Part shown: positions 38,745 to 50,970 of the stretch, piece after piece
How the letters are laid out: the number at the start of each line of letters is the position of its first letter
Numbering within the stretch: the stretch's first letter is position 1
Origin: Malacoraja senta
Lineage: Eukaryota
NCBI GenBank assembly: GCA_038087875.1
Contig: CM075988.1
Coordinates: 6,822,001 to 6,886,000 of the forward strand
Direction of reading: 5' to 3'
Length of the DNA stretch: 64,000 nucleotides
Translations under genes and position numbers: made by a program
Notes under the pieces: generated by a model
The model's database searches: none
The model's input: the letters and a program-made list of their open reading frames with translations, nothing else
Told to the model about the DNA's origin: nothing

Positions 38745-39063
38745 GTAGCACAGAGGTACAGCTGGTAGAGCTGCTGCCTCGCCACACTGGAGACCCGGGT
38801 TCGATCCTGACCTCGAGGGTTGTCTGTGGGGAGTTTGCACATTCTCCCTGTGATCACGTGGGTTTCCTCTGGGTGCTCCGGTTTCCTCCCACATCCCAAA
38901 GATGTGCGGGTTTGTAGGTTAATTGGCCTCTTGCAAATTGCCTCTAATGTGTAGGGAGCGGACGAGAAAGTGGGATAATATAGAATTAGCGTGAACGGGT
39001 GATCTGTGATCAGGGTGGACACCGTGGGTCTAATTCCATGCTGTATCTCAGAACTAAACTAAA
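38745..39063 (+). mobile_element. HE1-like V-SINE
   Basis: Full-length copy. Confidence 0.88.
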
Positions 39064-39511
39064 CACATTTAAACTTGTGAACATTGATGCCTTGAAGTTC
39101 ATCTTGAGTCCTAGTATCCTAGTATTGCATTGGACCCAACGTTTGCAACTATCCATTGATGTCAATGGAATGAATTTCAGAATCAGAGTACAATTCACTG
39201 ATATGATTATGCATCGTGTTTCTGTTAGTGTGAATTCAGGGAATGGGCTTGCAGTGTTGCTGTGACAAGTCTCAGTATGTTGCCTGTTTCTCTTCCTCGC
39301 TGTGAACAGGCTGCTTAACACTTGGCAGACCGTCAAGAGCTCCCTTATTTCTTTGAACAATGATTGATAACCTCCAGCTTTGCAGACTCTGTTTGTTGAG
39401 AGTAGGACAATTAGTAAAGATTTACTGACAGCTGAATGTTCCAGGGTGTCACAAGGGAGATAGAGGTGGGGGTAAAATAAGACGGAGTGTTACGTTATTG
39501 ATTAAGGTTTA

Positions 39512-39831
39512 AACCCCTGTCCCATGGTACGAGTTCATTCCAAGAGCTCTCCCGAGTTTGCCCTGATTCGAACTCGGAGATTTACGGTAATGGCCACCCG
39601 TCGGTACTCGGGGCTCTCGTGGACATTTTTCATCATGTTGAAAAATCTTCACGAGTCTTCCCGTGCTTACCTGCCGTTAGCGAGTCTTCCCGAGTACCTG
39701 CCGTTAGCGCTAAGAGACGTCCCCTAGCTCCGACGTACCTGCTACGTTCATTCTCCGTGCTTACCACGAATTTGATTTTTTTTAAACTCAGGAGAGCTCT
39801 TGGAATGAACTCGTACCGTGGGACAGGGCTA
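39512..39831. mobile_element. PIF/Harbinger-type MITE (family D, related to C)
   Basis: TIR CCCTGTCCCA(T/C)GGTACGAGTTCATTCCAAGAGCTCTCC, TTA on both sides. Confidence 0.82.
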
Positions 39832-39834
39832 TTA

Positions 39835-40272
39835 GGAGGATGTTGCCAGGACTCGAGGGTCTGAGCTACAGGGATAGGTTGGTCAAGCTAGGACTTTATT
39901 CCTTGGAGCACAGGAGGATTAGAGGTGATCTTATAGGGGCGTACAAGATCATGCACAGTATCATCAGGGTAGATGCACAGAGTCGTTTACCCAGAGTAAG
40001 GGAATCAAGAACAAGAGGACATAGGGTTAATGTGAGAGGGGAAACATTTAATAGGAACCTGAGGGGCAACCTTTTCACTCAGATGGAGGAGGTAGTTGAG
40101 GCAGGCACTGGAACAACATTTAAAGACATATGAATAGGTGCAGGATAGGGAAAATGTAGATGGAAATGGGCCAAACATGGCCAGGTGGGACTGGTATAGG
40201 TGGGGCATCATGGTCAGCATAGACAAGGTGGGCCGAAGGGCCTGTTTTTGTGCTGCATGACCCTATGACTAT
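39835..40272 (+). mobile_element. CR1 LINE 3' fragment
   Basis: MLPGLEGLSYRDRLVKLGLYSLEHRRIRGDLI..TRGH. Tail GGCCGAAGGGCCTGTTT shared with the SINEs. Confidence 0.85.
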
Positions 40273-40946
40273 GAAAGGTTAAGAAACTAGTAATGTTGAG
40301 GGGCATATGTATTTTGCACAGTGAGGACTGATAGTATTTGTTGATCCTTTTGACTTCTGAAAAATGCCAGAGAGACTATATGTGAAATGCAAGTCACAAT
40401 CAGTGTCCTGTGTATTGTGCTACAGCTTAAAAATTGTTTCCAATTTCTGTGTTAGGAAACTGAAGGAAGTATTTGTTGGAATGAAATCTTTATCTGCTTA
40501 AACCTACAGATTTTTTAACCAAAAAATGATGACACACACAATATTTCTGTGAGATATTTGTAGAAGTAGTTCAGCTTTTCCAGTCTTACCTACTTGTGTA
40601 TACCACTCAATGTTTAAATAGCCTGAGGAATGGAGGTGGAGTACAGAGATCCTTTGAGGTGTGGCAATAGCTGATCTCTGGTACACTCGGATCCTGGATG
40701 AACGGTGCAGTGACCTCTTCACTGTCTGAGAAAAATCCAAGAACCCCAGGCGGGTGGAAGGGAAGAAGTCTGAAGAAGGGCCTCAACCCGAAATGTCACC
40801 TATTCCTTTTTCTCCAGCGATGCTTTCTGACCAGCTGAGTTACTCCAACTTTTTGTGTCTATCTTTGGGGGAAGGGAAATATCTGTTGGGTAAGACTCGA
40901 CCCAAGTGGCTCAGCATTTAGGAACATGGCAAAAAAAATCTACACA

Positions 40947-41440
40947 ATAGACAATAGGTGCAGCACCGCCATTCACTGTAATCATGGCAGATCATCCACA
41001 ATCAGTACCCCGTTCCTGCCCTCTCCCCATATCCCTTGACTCTGCTATCTTTGAGCCCTATCTAACTCTCTCTTGAAAGCATCCAGATAATTGGCCTCCA
41101 CTGCCTTCTGAGGCAGAGAATTCCACAGATTCACAACTCTCTGGGTGAAAAACTTTTTCCTCACCTTCGTTCTAAATGGGCATCCCCTTATTCTTAAACT
41201 GCGGCCATTGGTTCTGGACTCCCCCAACATCGGGAACATGTTTCCTGCCTCTAGCGTGTCCAATCCCTTAATAATATTTTATGTTTCAATAAGATCCCAT
41301 CTCATCCTTCTAAATTCCAGTGTGTACAAGCCCAGTCGCTCCATTCTTTCAACATATGATAATCCCGCTATCCCGGGAATTAACCTCGTGAACCTACGCT
41401 GCACTCCCTCAATAGCAAGAATGTCCTTGCTCAGATTTGG
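40947..41440 (-). mobile_element. CR1 LINE 3' fragment
   Basis: FFTQRVVNLWNSLPQKAVEA. Confidence 0.85.
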
Positions 41441-41489
41441 CTGGCTTCATTAGTGTAAAAACAAGGAGAGTCGAGGGAGGAGGTATAGG

Positions 41490-41798
41490 TATAGGATTCA
41501 GCCGCGGGATTGACTTACCATCACCCGGCGGGGTCACAACGTCAGAAGCCTGGATCGCCTCAGCGCAGAGGAAGAACAAAGCGGGAAGAGACAGAGACTT
41601 TAAGACTTTTGCCTCCATCACAGTGAGGAGGTGCCTGGTGAACTCACTGTGGTGGATGTTAATTTGTGTTTATTGTGTGTTTTGTTATTTATTATTATAT
41701 GTATGACTGCAGGCAACGAAATTTCGTTCAGACCGAAAGGTCTGAATGACAAATAAAGGAATCTCTAATCTCTAATCTCTAATCTCTCTAATCTCTAA
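41490..41798 (+). mobile_element. Second copy of the (CTCTAAT)n-tailed retroposon
   Basis: Near-identical to 36385-36680. Confidence 0.75.
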
Positions 41799-42084
41799 TC
41801 ACCTGCGGTTGCAGAGGGAAAGTACCTGGGGAAGGGGTGGTCTGGATGGGAAGGGATGAACCTGGGAGTTGCAGAGGGAAAGGTCTCTGCAGAAGGTGGA
41901 AAGGGGTGGAGATGGGAAGATGTGACTGGTGATGGGATCACATTGGAGGTGACAGAAATGTCGGAGGACAGAAATGTTGGATGGTCCACATTTGTGTTCA
42001 GGCTGCGGTGACTATACATGGTGCATGTTTTCAATTATAAAGGGTGTATGGATTAATGAAAGGAAATCAAAGCAGTATCAAACT

Positions 42085-42920
42085 GAAGACAGACATAAAA
42101 TGCTGGAGCAACTCAGCGGGACAGGCAGCATCTCTGGATACATGGGATGGGTGGCATTTCGGGTCGAGACCCTTTTAGTTTAGTTTTAATTTTAGTTTTA
42201 GAGAAACAGCGCGGAAACAGGCCCTTTAGCCCACCGGGTCCGCGCCGACCAGCGATCCCCGCACATTAACACTATCCCACACCCACCAGGGACAATTTTT
42301 ACATTTGCCAAGACAATTAGCCTACAAACCTGTACGTCTTTGGAGTTTGGGAGGAAACTGAAGATCTTGGAGAAAACCCATGCAGGTCACGGGGAGAACG
42401 TACAAACTTCGCACAGACAGCACCCGTAGTCAGGATCGATTCCGGGTCTCCGGGACTGAATTCCCTGTAAGGCAGCAACTCTACCGCTGCACCATCGTAA
42501 CCACCCTTCTTCTGACTGAGAGTCAAGGGAGAAGGAGACACAGAGATAAGGAAGTGTAAGGTGTGAAAACGAGACATCAAAGGAGATGCAGATCATGGAA
42601 AATGTAGAATCAGACATTGTTAGCTAGGAGAAGGTGACAACAAAGCATACAGAGATAAAATTTAGTCAGGGGGACAGTCAGACTGGTCGGAAAACTAAGA
42701 AGGGGGAGGGATGGAGAATGAGGGAAAGCAGGGGTTATTTGAAGTTAGAGAAATCAATATTCATAGCGAAATATGAGGTGCTGTTCCTCTAATTTGCACT
42801 GGGCCTCACTCTGACACTGGAGGAGGCCCATGATAGAAAGGTCAGTGTTGGAATGGGAGAGGGAGTTAAAGTGCTCAGCAAAAAGGAGGTCAGTAGGTTT
42901 AGGCGGATTGTGCGGAGGTC
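42085..42920 (-). mobile_element. Penelope-like 3' portion interrupted by an HE1-like SINE (42175-42497)
   Basis: GIY-YIG C-terminal relic (SHSNTDLSIMGLLQCQSEAQCKLEEQHLIFR) at ~42760-42860. The hammerhead motif is split by the SINE (..GAGACCCTT | ACCCTTCTTCTGACT). Confidence 0.75.
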
Positions 42921-43599
42921 TTAATAGTGGGACGTGGATTTAATGTATGGATACTTGCTGCCTTAACTGTATCATCACAGTTAGAAAACATACCCACAAG
43001 GGTTTCGCTTAAAGTCATAGACTGCCCTAGAAAATCTCCCAGACTGAAAGCTCCTTACAATTCACATGGAATAAATTGGTTTGCGTTTGAGCTGTTAAAT
43101 GTTCTGTGTGTTGAACTGGCCTTTTGGCTTGTTTGCTCCCAGCCAGTCACTTACGGATCCATTAACCTAATGGGCTGTGTGAAGGACAATATTTGGTTAA
43201 GTGCTGCTCTGAGCCGGGGTTCAGGCTGCTGGAGAAATCAGCGTGACATGGCCACAGGATAAGTATTGAATTACAAACTACAGCAAGCATCCTTCATCCT
43301 ACTTTGTGTTTAAGCAGAAACCTTTCCATCTTATTTATCCATCACCCCGCAGGTTTTATTTTTGACAATAATGGCTAGGCTCTAGTCTCCAACAGAGACT
43401 TGGATCAGATTATGACAGTTACTCATGTGACTCAATGGTAAAGTTTTTAACTGAGAGATCAGAAAGTTCTGAGTTCAAATCTCACTCCAGAGCGATGGTA
43501 CTTAACTTGTTTTGCAGACAGCATCCAAATCACTTCTGAGGGCCACGCATGTGAATCATTTTATTTCAAGCAAACTTAACCAAATACTGATATTTTTTA

Positions 43600-43790
43600 A
43601 CTAGACACAATGTGTTGGGGTAACTCAGCGGGTGAGGCAGCATCTCCGGAGGAAAAGGATGGGTGAGGTTTCGGGTCTGAAGAAGCGTCACTTATCTTTT
43701 TCCTCCAGATGCTGCCTGGCCCACTGAGTTACTCCAGCACTATGTGTCTATCTTCGGTATAAACCAGCATCTGCAGTTCCTTTTTCACAA
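43600..43790. mobile_element. Palindromic Penelope-like cassette with ~12-14 bp TSD
   Basis: ACTGATATTTTT at 43586-43597 and 43791-43802. Confidence 0.75.
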
Positions 43791-43854
43791 ACTGATATTT
43801 TTAATCATGTTCACGAGGACTCAAGTTTATCAACGGTCCGGTTAATTTTGATTC

Positions 43855-44155
43855 AGAGATACAGCGTGCCCACCAAATCCACGCTGACTATCGATCACCC
43901 ATTCACACCAGTCCTATGTTATCCCACTTCCTCAACCACTCCCTACACACTCAGGGCAATTTACTGACGTCAATTAACCCGCAGACCTGCACGTCTTTGG
44001 GATGTGTGAGGAAGCTGGAGCACCCGGAGGAAACCCACGCAGTCACAGGGAGGACGAGCAAACTCCACACAGAGACAGCACCCAAGGTCAGGAAAGAACC
44101 CGGCTCTCCAGGTCTGTGAGGCAGCAGCTTTACCAGCTGTGCCGCTGTGCCGCCC
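43855..44155 (-). mobile_element. HE1-like V-SINE
   Basis: Consensus copy. Confidence 0.85.
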
Positions 44156-45169
44156 ACACTTAGGTTGTGTCTTATTCACGGGTGGTTACTTTGAATCGAG
44201 GAAAACTTGCTGACACTCCAGTTATGAACAGGCTCTGCTGCATGCAGAGGTAGATACCTGTCGAGGCAGGTGGGAGCAGTGACAACCTGTTCAATCCAAA
44301 GTGACCGCACTCCAAAACCAACCTCTCTGATTAAATACTAGGAATTCCTTAACTGCTTCCTTCCAATGGCTGAAGAGCTACTCCACAAATAAGATCATAA
44401 ACATATGTGATAGGAGCAGAATTAGACCATTCAGCTCATCAAGTCTAATCCGCCATTCAATCATGGCTGATCTATCTCTCCCTCCCAACCTCATTCTCCT
44501 GCCTTCTCTCCATAACCACTGACACCCATAATAATCAAGAATCTATCTATCTCTGCCTTAAAAATATCCATTGACTTGGCCTCCACAGCCTTCTGTGCAA
44601 AGATTTCCACAGATTCTCCACCCCCTGACTAAAGAAATTCCTCCCCATCTCCTCCTTAAAGGAACGTCCTTTAATTCTGAGGTTATGACCTCTAGTCCTA
44701 GACTCTCCCACTAGTGGAAACATCCTCTCCACGTCGAATCCATCCAAGCCTTAAACTATTCGGTAAGTTTCAATGAGGTCCCTCCTCATCCTTCTAAACC
44801 CCAGCGAGTACAGGCCCAGTGCCGACTAATAACAGTGGAGATTCCGTCCATTTAGCTCCCATTACAGAGCAACCCCAGGGAAAAATGCAGATTTCACAGC
44901 CTCACTAAAGTCCTTGACTCCGTCAATCATGAGAGATTGTGGAGCAGGTTCCTCAGAGTTGGCCTTCTGCAGAAATTCATCTCCATTTTACGTTTGCTTT
45001 TTGCTGGGATGCAAACCACGATCCTAACCAGCAGAATCATCCCACAGCCCAGCAGCAAACTGGTGTCAAGCAAGGTCACGTCAATGCCTGGTACTTTTAT
45101 CAATCATTCTTGCTGTAGCGGGCACCTCACCTCCTGAAAGATGGTCCCGACCCAAAATGTCACCTATCC

Positions 45170-45965
45170 ATGTTTGAGTTTAGTTTATTGTCAAGTGTAT
45201 TGAGGGACAGAGAAAACATTTTGTTGCATGCTAACCAATCAGTGGAAAAACTATACATTATTACAATCGAGCCATCCACACACAGTGTACATATTCCTGA
45301 TAAAGGGAATAATGTTTATTGCAAGATAAAGTCTAGCCAAATCTGATAAAGATATTCCAAGGGTTTTCATTGAGGTTAATAGTAGCTCAGGGCCAGTCTC
45401 GAGATGTTGATAGGATGGTTCAGTTGTCTGATAACAGCTGGGAAGAAACTGTCCCTGAATCTGGAGGTGTGCATTTTCACAATTTTGTATCTCTTTCCTG
45501 ATGAGAGAGGGGAGAAGAGGGTGTAACCAGGGTGAGACTCATCCTTGATTATGTTGGTGGCCTTACCGAGGCAGCATGAAGTGTAAATGGAGTCAAATGG
45601 AAGGGAGGTTGGTTTGTGTGATGGTCTGGTCTGCGTCCACAATTCTCTGCAACTACTTGTGGTCTTAGATGGAGCTGTTCCCAAACCACCCTGTGATGCA
45701 TCCCGATAAAATGCTTTCCACGGCACATCTGTAGAAGCTAGTGAGAGTTGTTGGGGACATGCCAAACCTCCTAAGCCTTCTAAGGAAGTAGAGGTGTTGG
45801 TGTGCTTTGTTGTCCATTGCTTCAATATGGGTGGTCCAGGACAAGCAGGTGAGATTTATTCCTAGGAACATAAAGCTTTCAACGATTCTTACCGTCAATG
45901 CATAGTGGGGTATGTGTACCGCTTTGCTTCCTGAAGTCGATGACTATCTCCTTTGTCTTGCTGAC
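45170..45965 (-). mobile_element. Rex1-clade LINE 3' fragment
   Basis: VESFMFLGINL..KAHQHLYFLRRLRRFGMS..FYRCAVESILSGCITGWFGNS; TSRFRDSFFPAVIRQLN. Confidence 0.85.
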
Positions 45966-48139
45966 AGCAGGTCAGGCAGCATATTTGGCGAACATGGATG
46001 GTGTATTTTCGGGTCAGGACCCTTCAGTTTGAAGAGGGGTCTCAATCTATTACCTCACCCACCCAAGTTCTCCAGAGATGCTGCTTGGCCCACTGATTTA
46101 CTCCAACACTTTGTGTCTTTCTTTGCAAAATATATTTTGGTTTGCCTTATTCATAAGGCCATAAGGAGTAGGATTAGGCCATTTGGCCCATCAAGTCTAC
46201 TCTGCCATTCAATCGTGGCTGATCTATCTCTCCCTCCTGCCTTCACCCCATTAACCTCTGACACCTGTGCTAATCAAGAATCTATCTATCTCTGCCTTTA
46301 AAATAACCATTGACTTGGCCTCCACAGCCTTCTGTGGCAAAGAATTTCACAGATTGAACACCATCTGACTATTTTCTTTCAAATTTAAAAAAAAACTCCT
46401 GCTTTATTTTCTCCTTACTTAAACTGCTTCATCTATGTTTACTCTTTACTGAATAATTGTCCAGACCTTCATTGGATTTAGGATTGATTTTCTTGGAAGG
46501 AAATCTGTTCCATATGTTAGTCATTACAAAATGGAAAAAAAACCTCTGATATTCTCCAGTGCCCATGGAATCATAACACATCCAAAGAAAAAACAATCCT
46601 TCTCTCTGGTTTCTTTCTGTCCAAACCTGCTGATAAATTACACAAAGTCTCCAATTTTTGTAATGTTTGTAATAAAATATAAAATATATTTCAGATTTTG
46701 TTCAGAGTATTTTTGAAAGAAATGCTGCTTCAAAAGCGGTAATGGAGACACAAGGAACTGCAGACGCCAGGAATCTTGAACAATACATGAAATGCTGTGT
46801 CTGAAGAAGGGACCCAATGTGAAAAGTTGCCTGTCCATCCCCTCCACAGATGCTGCCTGACACACTGAGTAACTCCAGCATTTTGTGTTTTCATTAAAGA
46901 CATTCACTTATTTTTTTGGCAAGGAGGAGGGATGGGATGGTGTCTGGCCATGAAGTAAACGCTTTCCCCCTCCAGAACTTCCACATGTGGTGGCAAAAAA
47001 AAGTACGTCTTGCATAATTTCAGTTTACCTGTACATATCATATTCCACCAGGCACAGTTACCCCCAGAGTTACCCCCAGTTTTACTGAAGGCAAAGTACT
47101 GCAGGTGCTGAAAATCGTCTATTAGGAGCAGAAGATGTTGGAAAGTCTCTTCATTGAGGCAACGTCTTGTGGTTTGAGACCTAGTTTCAGTTTGTTGACC
47201 CTCTGAAGAAAGATAATGGACCTGAAATGTTAATTCTGTGCTGCCTGACTTGCTGAAGACTTCCTGCCTTTTAATACTACATGTAAGTTTCCTGAACATA
47301 ATTAATAATTATAATAATTCATTTTATTTACTGGCGCCTTTCTAAAACCCAAGGACACCTTACAAGGCATAGAATCACAAAAATACAAAACACATAATCG
47401 GAAAAAATTAAATATAAAAACACAATAGTACACAAATCAAGGACAGAATTCAATTTCAAAAGCACAAAAAAAAATAGTCTTGCAATTTCACATATTGGTT
47501 GACAGTGGGGTGATAGATGCTCCAATGTATACAAGGCTGTTACTTCAGTTACTCATGAAACCAGACAGCCTGCTATCTACTTCCTGGTCCTTGTGATCAT
47601 AACAGAGGCACTTTGCAGCTCAGAAACAGACATTGAGAACGTTGGATGTGGCCCGGATATGTCGTGTGTTTCAACTTGTAGGTGAAATAAAACAAAACTG
47701 CAGATGCTAGACGGCTAAAATAGAAACAGAAAATGCTGGAAATACTCAGCAGGCCAGGCAGCATCTGCGGAAAGAGAAACCGAGTCAATGTTTCTGGTGA
47801 AAGGCCCTTCGTCAGAACCGAAACACTGACTTTGTTTCTCTTCCCATAGATGTGGCCTGACCTGCAGAGTATTTCCAGTATCTTCTACTTTTGTTACTAT
47901 CTACTGTTCTATATTTTAGTACTTTGATGGCGCTGTTGGATGGCTTTAATAATTCTCTTGCTGCACAGGGATAATGTCAAAGTCTTCGCCAGTAGTGTGA
48001 AACACAAATGCGTAGGAAGGAACAGCAGATACTGGGGTAAAACATTAAGTTTGCTTCAGAATGAAGAAGGTTCCAACCTAAAACATTGTCCCCCTATTCC
48101 CTCCAGAGATGTTGACTGAGCTGCCAAGTTGCTCCAGCA

Positions 48140-48412
48140 GTGGGCGATCATTTCGTTGAACACTTTCGCTCAGTCTGTCTGGGCCTACATGATCTCCTGG
48201 ATGCAAAACATTTTACCTCCCCTTCCCATTCCCATGCTGACCTTTCTGTCCTGGGCCTCTGTGAGACCCTCTGTCACTGCTTACCCTCTGTGATTCCTGC
48301 TACTGTCTTGCTCCTCAACCATGTTCTGACCCAGACCAGTCTGAAGAAGGGTCTCGATCTGAAGCATCACATGTCCATTCCCGCCAGAGATGCCACCCGA
48401 CCCGCTGAGTTA
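48140..48412 (+). mobile_element. Penelope-like GIY-YIG relic and pLTR (continues at 49113-49165)
   Basis: GDHFVEHFRSV..AKHFTSPSHSHADLSVLGL. The pLTR is broken at GCTGAGTTA by a MITE. Confidence 0.75.
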
Positions 48413-49109
48413 AGGGCCTGTCCCACTTACGTGTCCTTGGCATGCAAATTACGTGACCTCGTCGTCGCGTTGAGGCGCACGGGCATCGTGTGGCCGCGCG
48501 GGACCGGTCCCACTGAGAAGCGCGGAGGGGTATGTAGTTGTGCGCGACATCGCGCAGGGCTCCGAAATTTTTGTAGCAAACTAAATCTCCGCACGCCAAC
48601 GGCCTGTCGCGGAACTGACGGCCAAAGTGGGACAGGCCCAAGACCCTGGCGCGACGCAACGTCTCACCATCAACAGCAGCAGAAGCAGGCAAACGATCGC
48701 CAAGCTCGGCCTGGGGCTCACGGCCGTTGCGGATCCGGATCCGCCCCCACTTCTACTCCCAGAGCGGGGCCAAGAAAATTGAAGATAGACACAAAATGCT
48801 GGAGTAACTCAGCGGGACCGGCAGCATCTCTGGAGAGAAGGAATGGATGACTTTTCGGGTCAAGACCCTTCTTGCAGACTGAAGAAGAGTCTCGACCCGA
48901 AACATCACCCATTGCTTCTCTCCAGAGATGCTGCCGGTCCCGCTGAGTTACTCCAGCATTTTGTGTCCATCTTCAAATGACGTCATGCGCTCCAGACAGC
49001 TGTGCGGGCGCATGAAATCACGCGCGACCTTTGCGGGACCGTTGCTCCTTAACGCGACCACGAGGTCGTGTAATTAGCGTGCCAAGGACACGTAAGTGGG
49101 ACAGGGGCT
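48413..49109. mobile_element. PIF/Harbinger-type MITE (family E) containing a nested palindromic Penelope cassette (48781-48974)
   Basis: TIR AGGGCCTGTCCCACTTACGTGTCCTTGGCA / TGCCAAGGACACGTAAGTGGGACAGGGGCT, TTA on both sides. Confidence 0.85.
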
Positions 49110-49794
49110 TTACTCTTGCATTTTTGTGTTTTTTTCAAGATTCCAGGATCTGCAGTTCCTTATATCACCAATAGTTTGCTGTGGGATGGAGTCAAGGGAC
49201 TCCCATTAAATACAAAGCCTTTATTGACATATGGTCTTCAACATGCCCTTTCCAGCAGGTGCTGACTATTCTCTCTCCTTTACGAGCTCTTCCCTGCTCT
49301 TGGTTTTCACAAAAGCAGCTCGGTGATACACTAGGGACAATTTACAATTTAAAGCAGCCAATTAACCTACAAATCTGTACTTCTTTGGTAGTGTGGGAGA
49401 ACACCGGAGAAACCCATGCGTTCACAGGGAGAACGTACAAATTATAGTACAAGATTCTAGGCAGTAGTTCTACCACTGAGACACTGTGCCGCCCCTTGTC
49501 TGTGCTGCAGTTCATGATGACTCAGCTGAATCGGACGCTAACCAAAACACCAAGTGCTGGAGGAAATCAGCATGTCAGGCAGCATCTGTGGATTGAATGG
49601 ATAGGCGAGATTTTCGGTCGGGTCACCTCTTCACACAGATCACTAACCTTGCTGTAACCAGCCATCTTAAAAGCGTCCAAAGGAATTAGCCTCCACTGCC
49701 TTCTGAGGCAGAGAATTCCACAGATTCACAACTCTCTGGGTGAAAAAGTTTTTCCTCATCTCCGTTCTAAATGGCCTACCCCTTATTCTTAAAA

Positions 49795-49940
49795 GCACTC
49801 CCATACACTTCTACAAAATGGGATCTTTTACCTGAGAGAGCACCAAGGGCCTTGATGGAATATCTCATCCAGATGAATGCAAATTATGAAGCATTCCTTC
49901 ATCATTGCACCAGATTATAAATCTGGATTATTTGCTCCAC
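49795..49940 (+). mobile_element. Ancient DeuSINE-like (SacSINE/AmnSINE Deu-domain) relic
   Basis: TGGGATCTTTTA..CCTGAGAG.GCA..GGGCCT..TCTCATCC resembles the Deu core, from memory of the consensus. Confidence 0.45.
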
Positions 49941-50097
49941 AATAAAAAATCACAGCACACTGAACAAGGAATCCTTTAATCTCCTTAAAATTATGTGCCT
50001 GGAATCGATTGTTTCATCTCCTCTCTGACACAGTATCAATTACCATGAATCACAGTTATAGAATCTTACACATCTTGGCCCATATCCCTCTAAACCT

Positions 50098-50487
50098 GTC
50101 TACAAAGCCCTTAACGGGCTTGCCCCCACCTACATCAAAAGTCTGCTTACCCACCACACCACCTCCAGGTCCCTCAGATCGGCCAACTTGGGGTTACTGA
50201 ACATCCCGCGGTCTAGGCATAAGCTCTGGGGCGACCGCGCCTTTGCGGTTGCAGCTCATAGACTGTGGAACAGCATCCCTCTTCCCATCAGAACTGCCCC
50301 CTCCATCGACTCCTTTACGTCGAGACTTAAAACTCATCTTTACTCTCAAGCCTTTCTTGACGTCCTCTGTACTTAATCTATGAACCAATATTGTATAACG
50401 TTAGTACCTCCACCAATGTAAAGCACTTTGGCCAATGAGAGTTGTTTTTTAAATGTGCTATAGAAATAAAAGTGACTTGACTTGACA
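50098..50487 (+). mobile_element. L2-clade LINE 3' fragment
   Basis: GLLNIPRSRHKLWGDRAFAVAAHRLWNSIPLPIRTAPSIDSFTSRLKTHLY and a (TGACT)n tail. Confidence 0.82.
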
Positions 50488-50646
50488 TGGAAACAGGCCC
50501 TGCGGCCCAACTTGCCCACACCGACCAACATGTCCCATCTACACTAGTCCCACCTGCCTGCATTTGGCCCATATCCCTCTAAACCTGTCATATCAAAGCA
50601 AACCTGATTGATGTCAAACAATTTCTACACTCCACAGTGGCACAAG

Positions 50647-50970
50647 GGGCAGCACAGTGGCACAGCTGGTAGAGCTGCTGCCTCACAGCACCAGAGACTT
50701 GGGTTTGATCCTGATCTTGGGTGCCGTCTGTGTGGAGTTTGCACGTTCTCCCCATGACCACGTGGGCTTTCTCCGGGTGCTCCGGTTTCCTCCCACGTCC
50801 CAAGTATGTGTTGGTTTGTAGGTTAATTGGCCTCTATAAATTGTCCCTAGTGTGTAGGAAATGGATGAGAAAGTGAGATAACATAGAAGCAGTATGAATG
50901 GGTCATATTACAGTCGATGATGGTCAGCGTAGACACAGTGGGCCGAAGGGCCTGTTTCCATGCAGTATCT
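50647..50970 (+). mobile_element. HE1-like V-SINE
   Basis: Full-length copy. Confidence 0.88.

Noticed and set aside
44930..47100. Possible coding exons at ~44930-45090, ~46470-46625 and ~46900-47085
   Set aside because: Weak splice signals, no recognisable peptide. One resembles a decayed CR1 motif.
48140..48850. 236-aa ORF
   Set aside because: Chance read-through of a Penelope relic and a GC-rich MITE.
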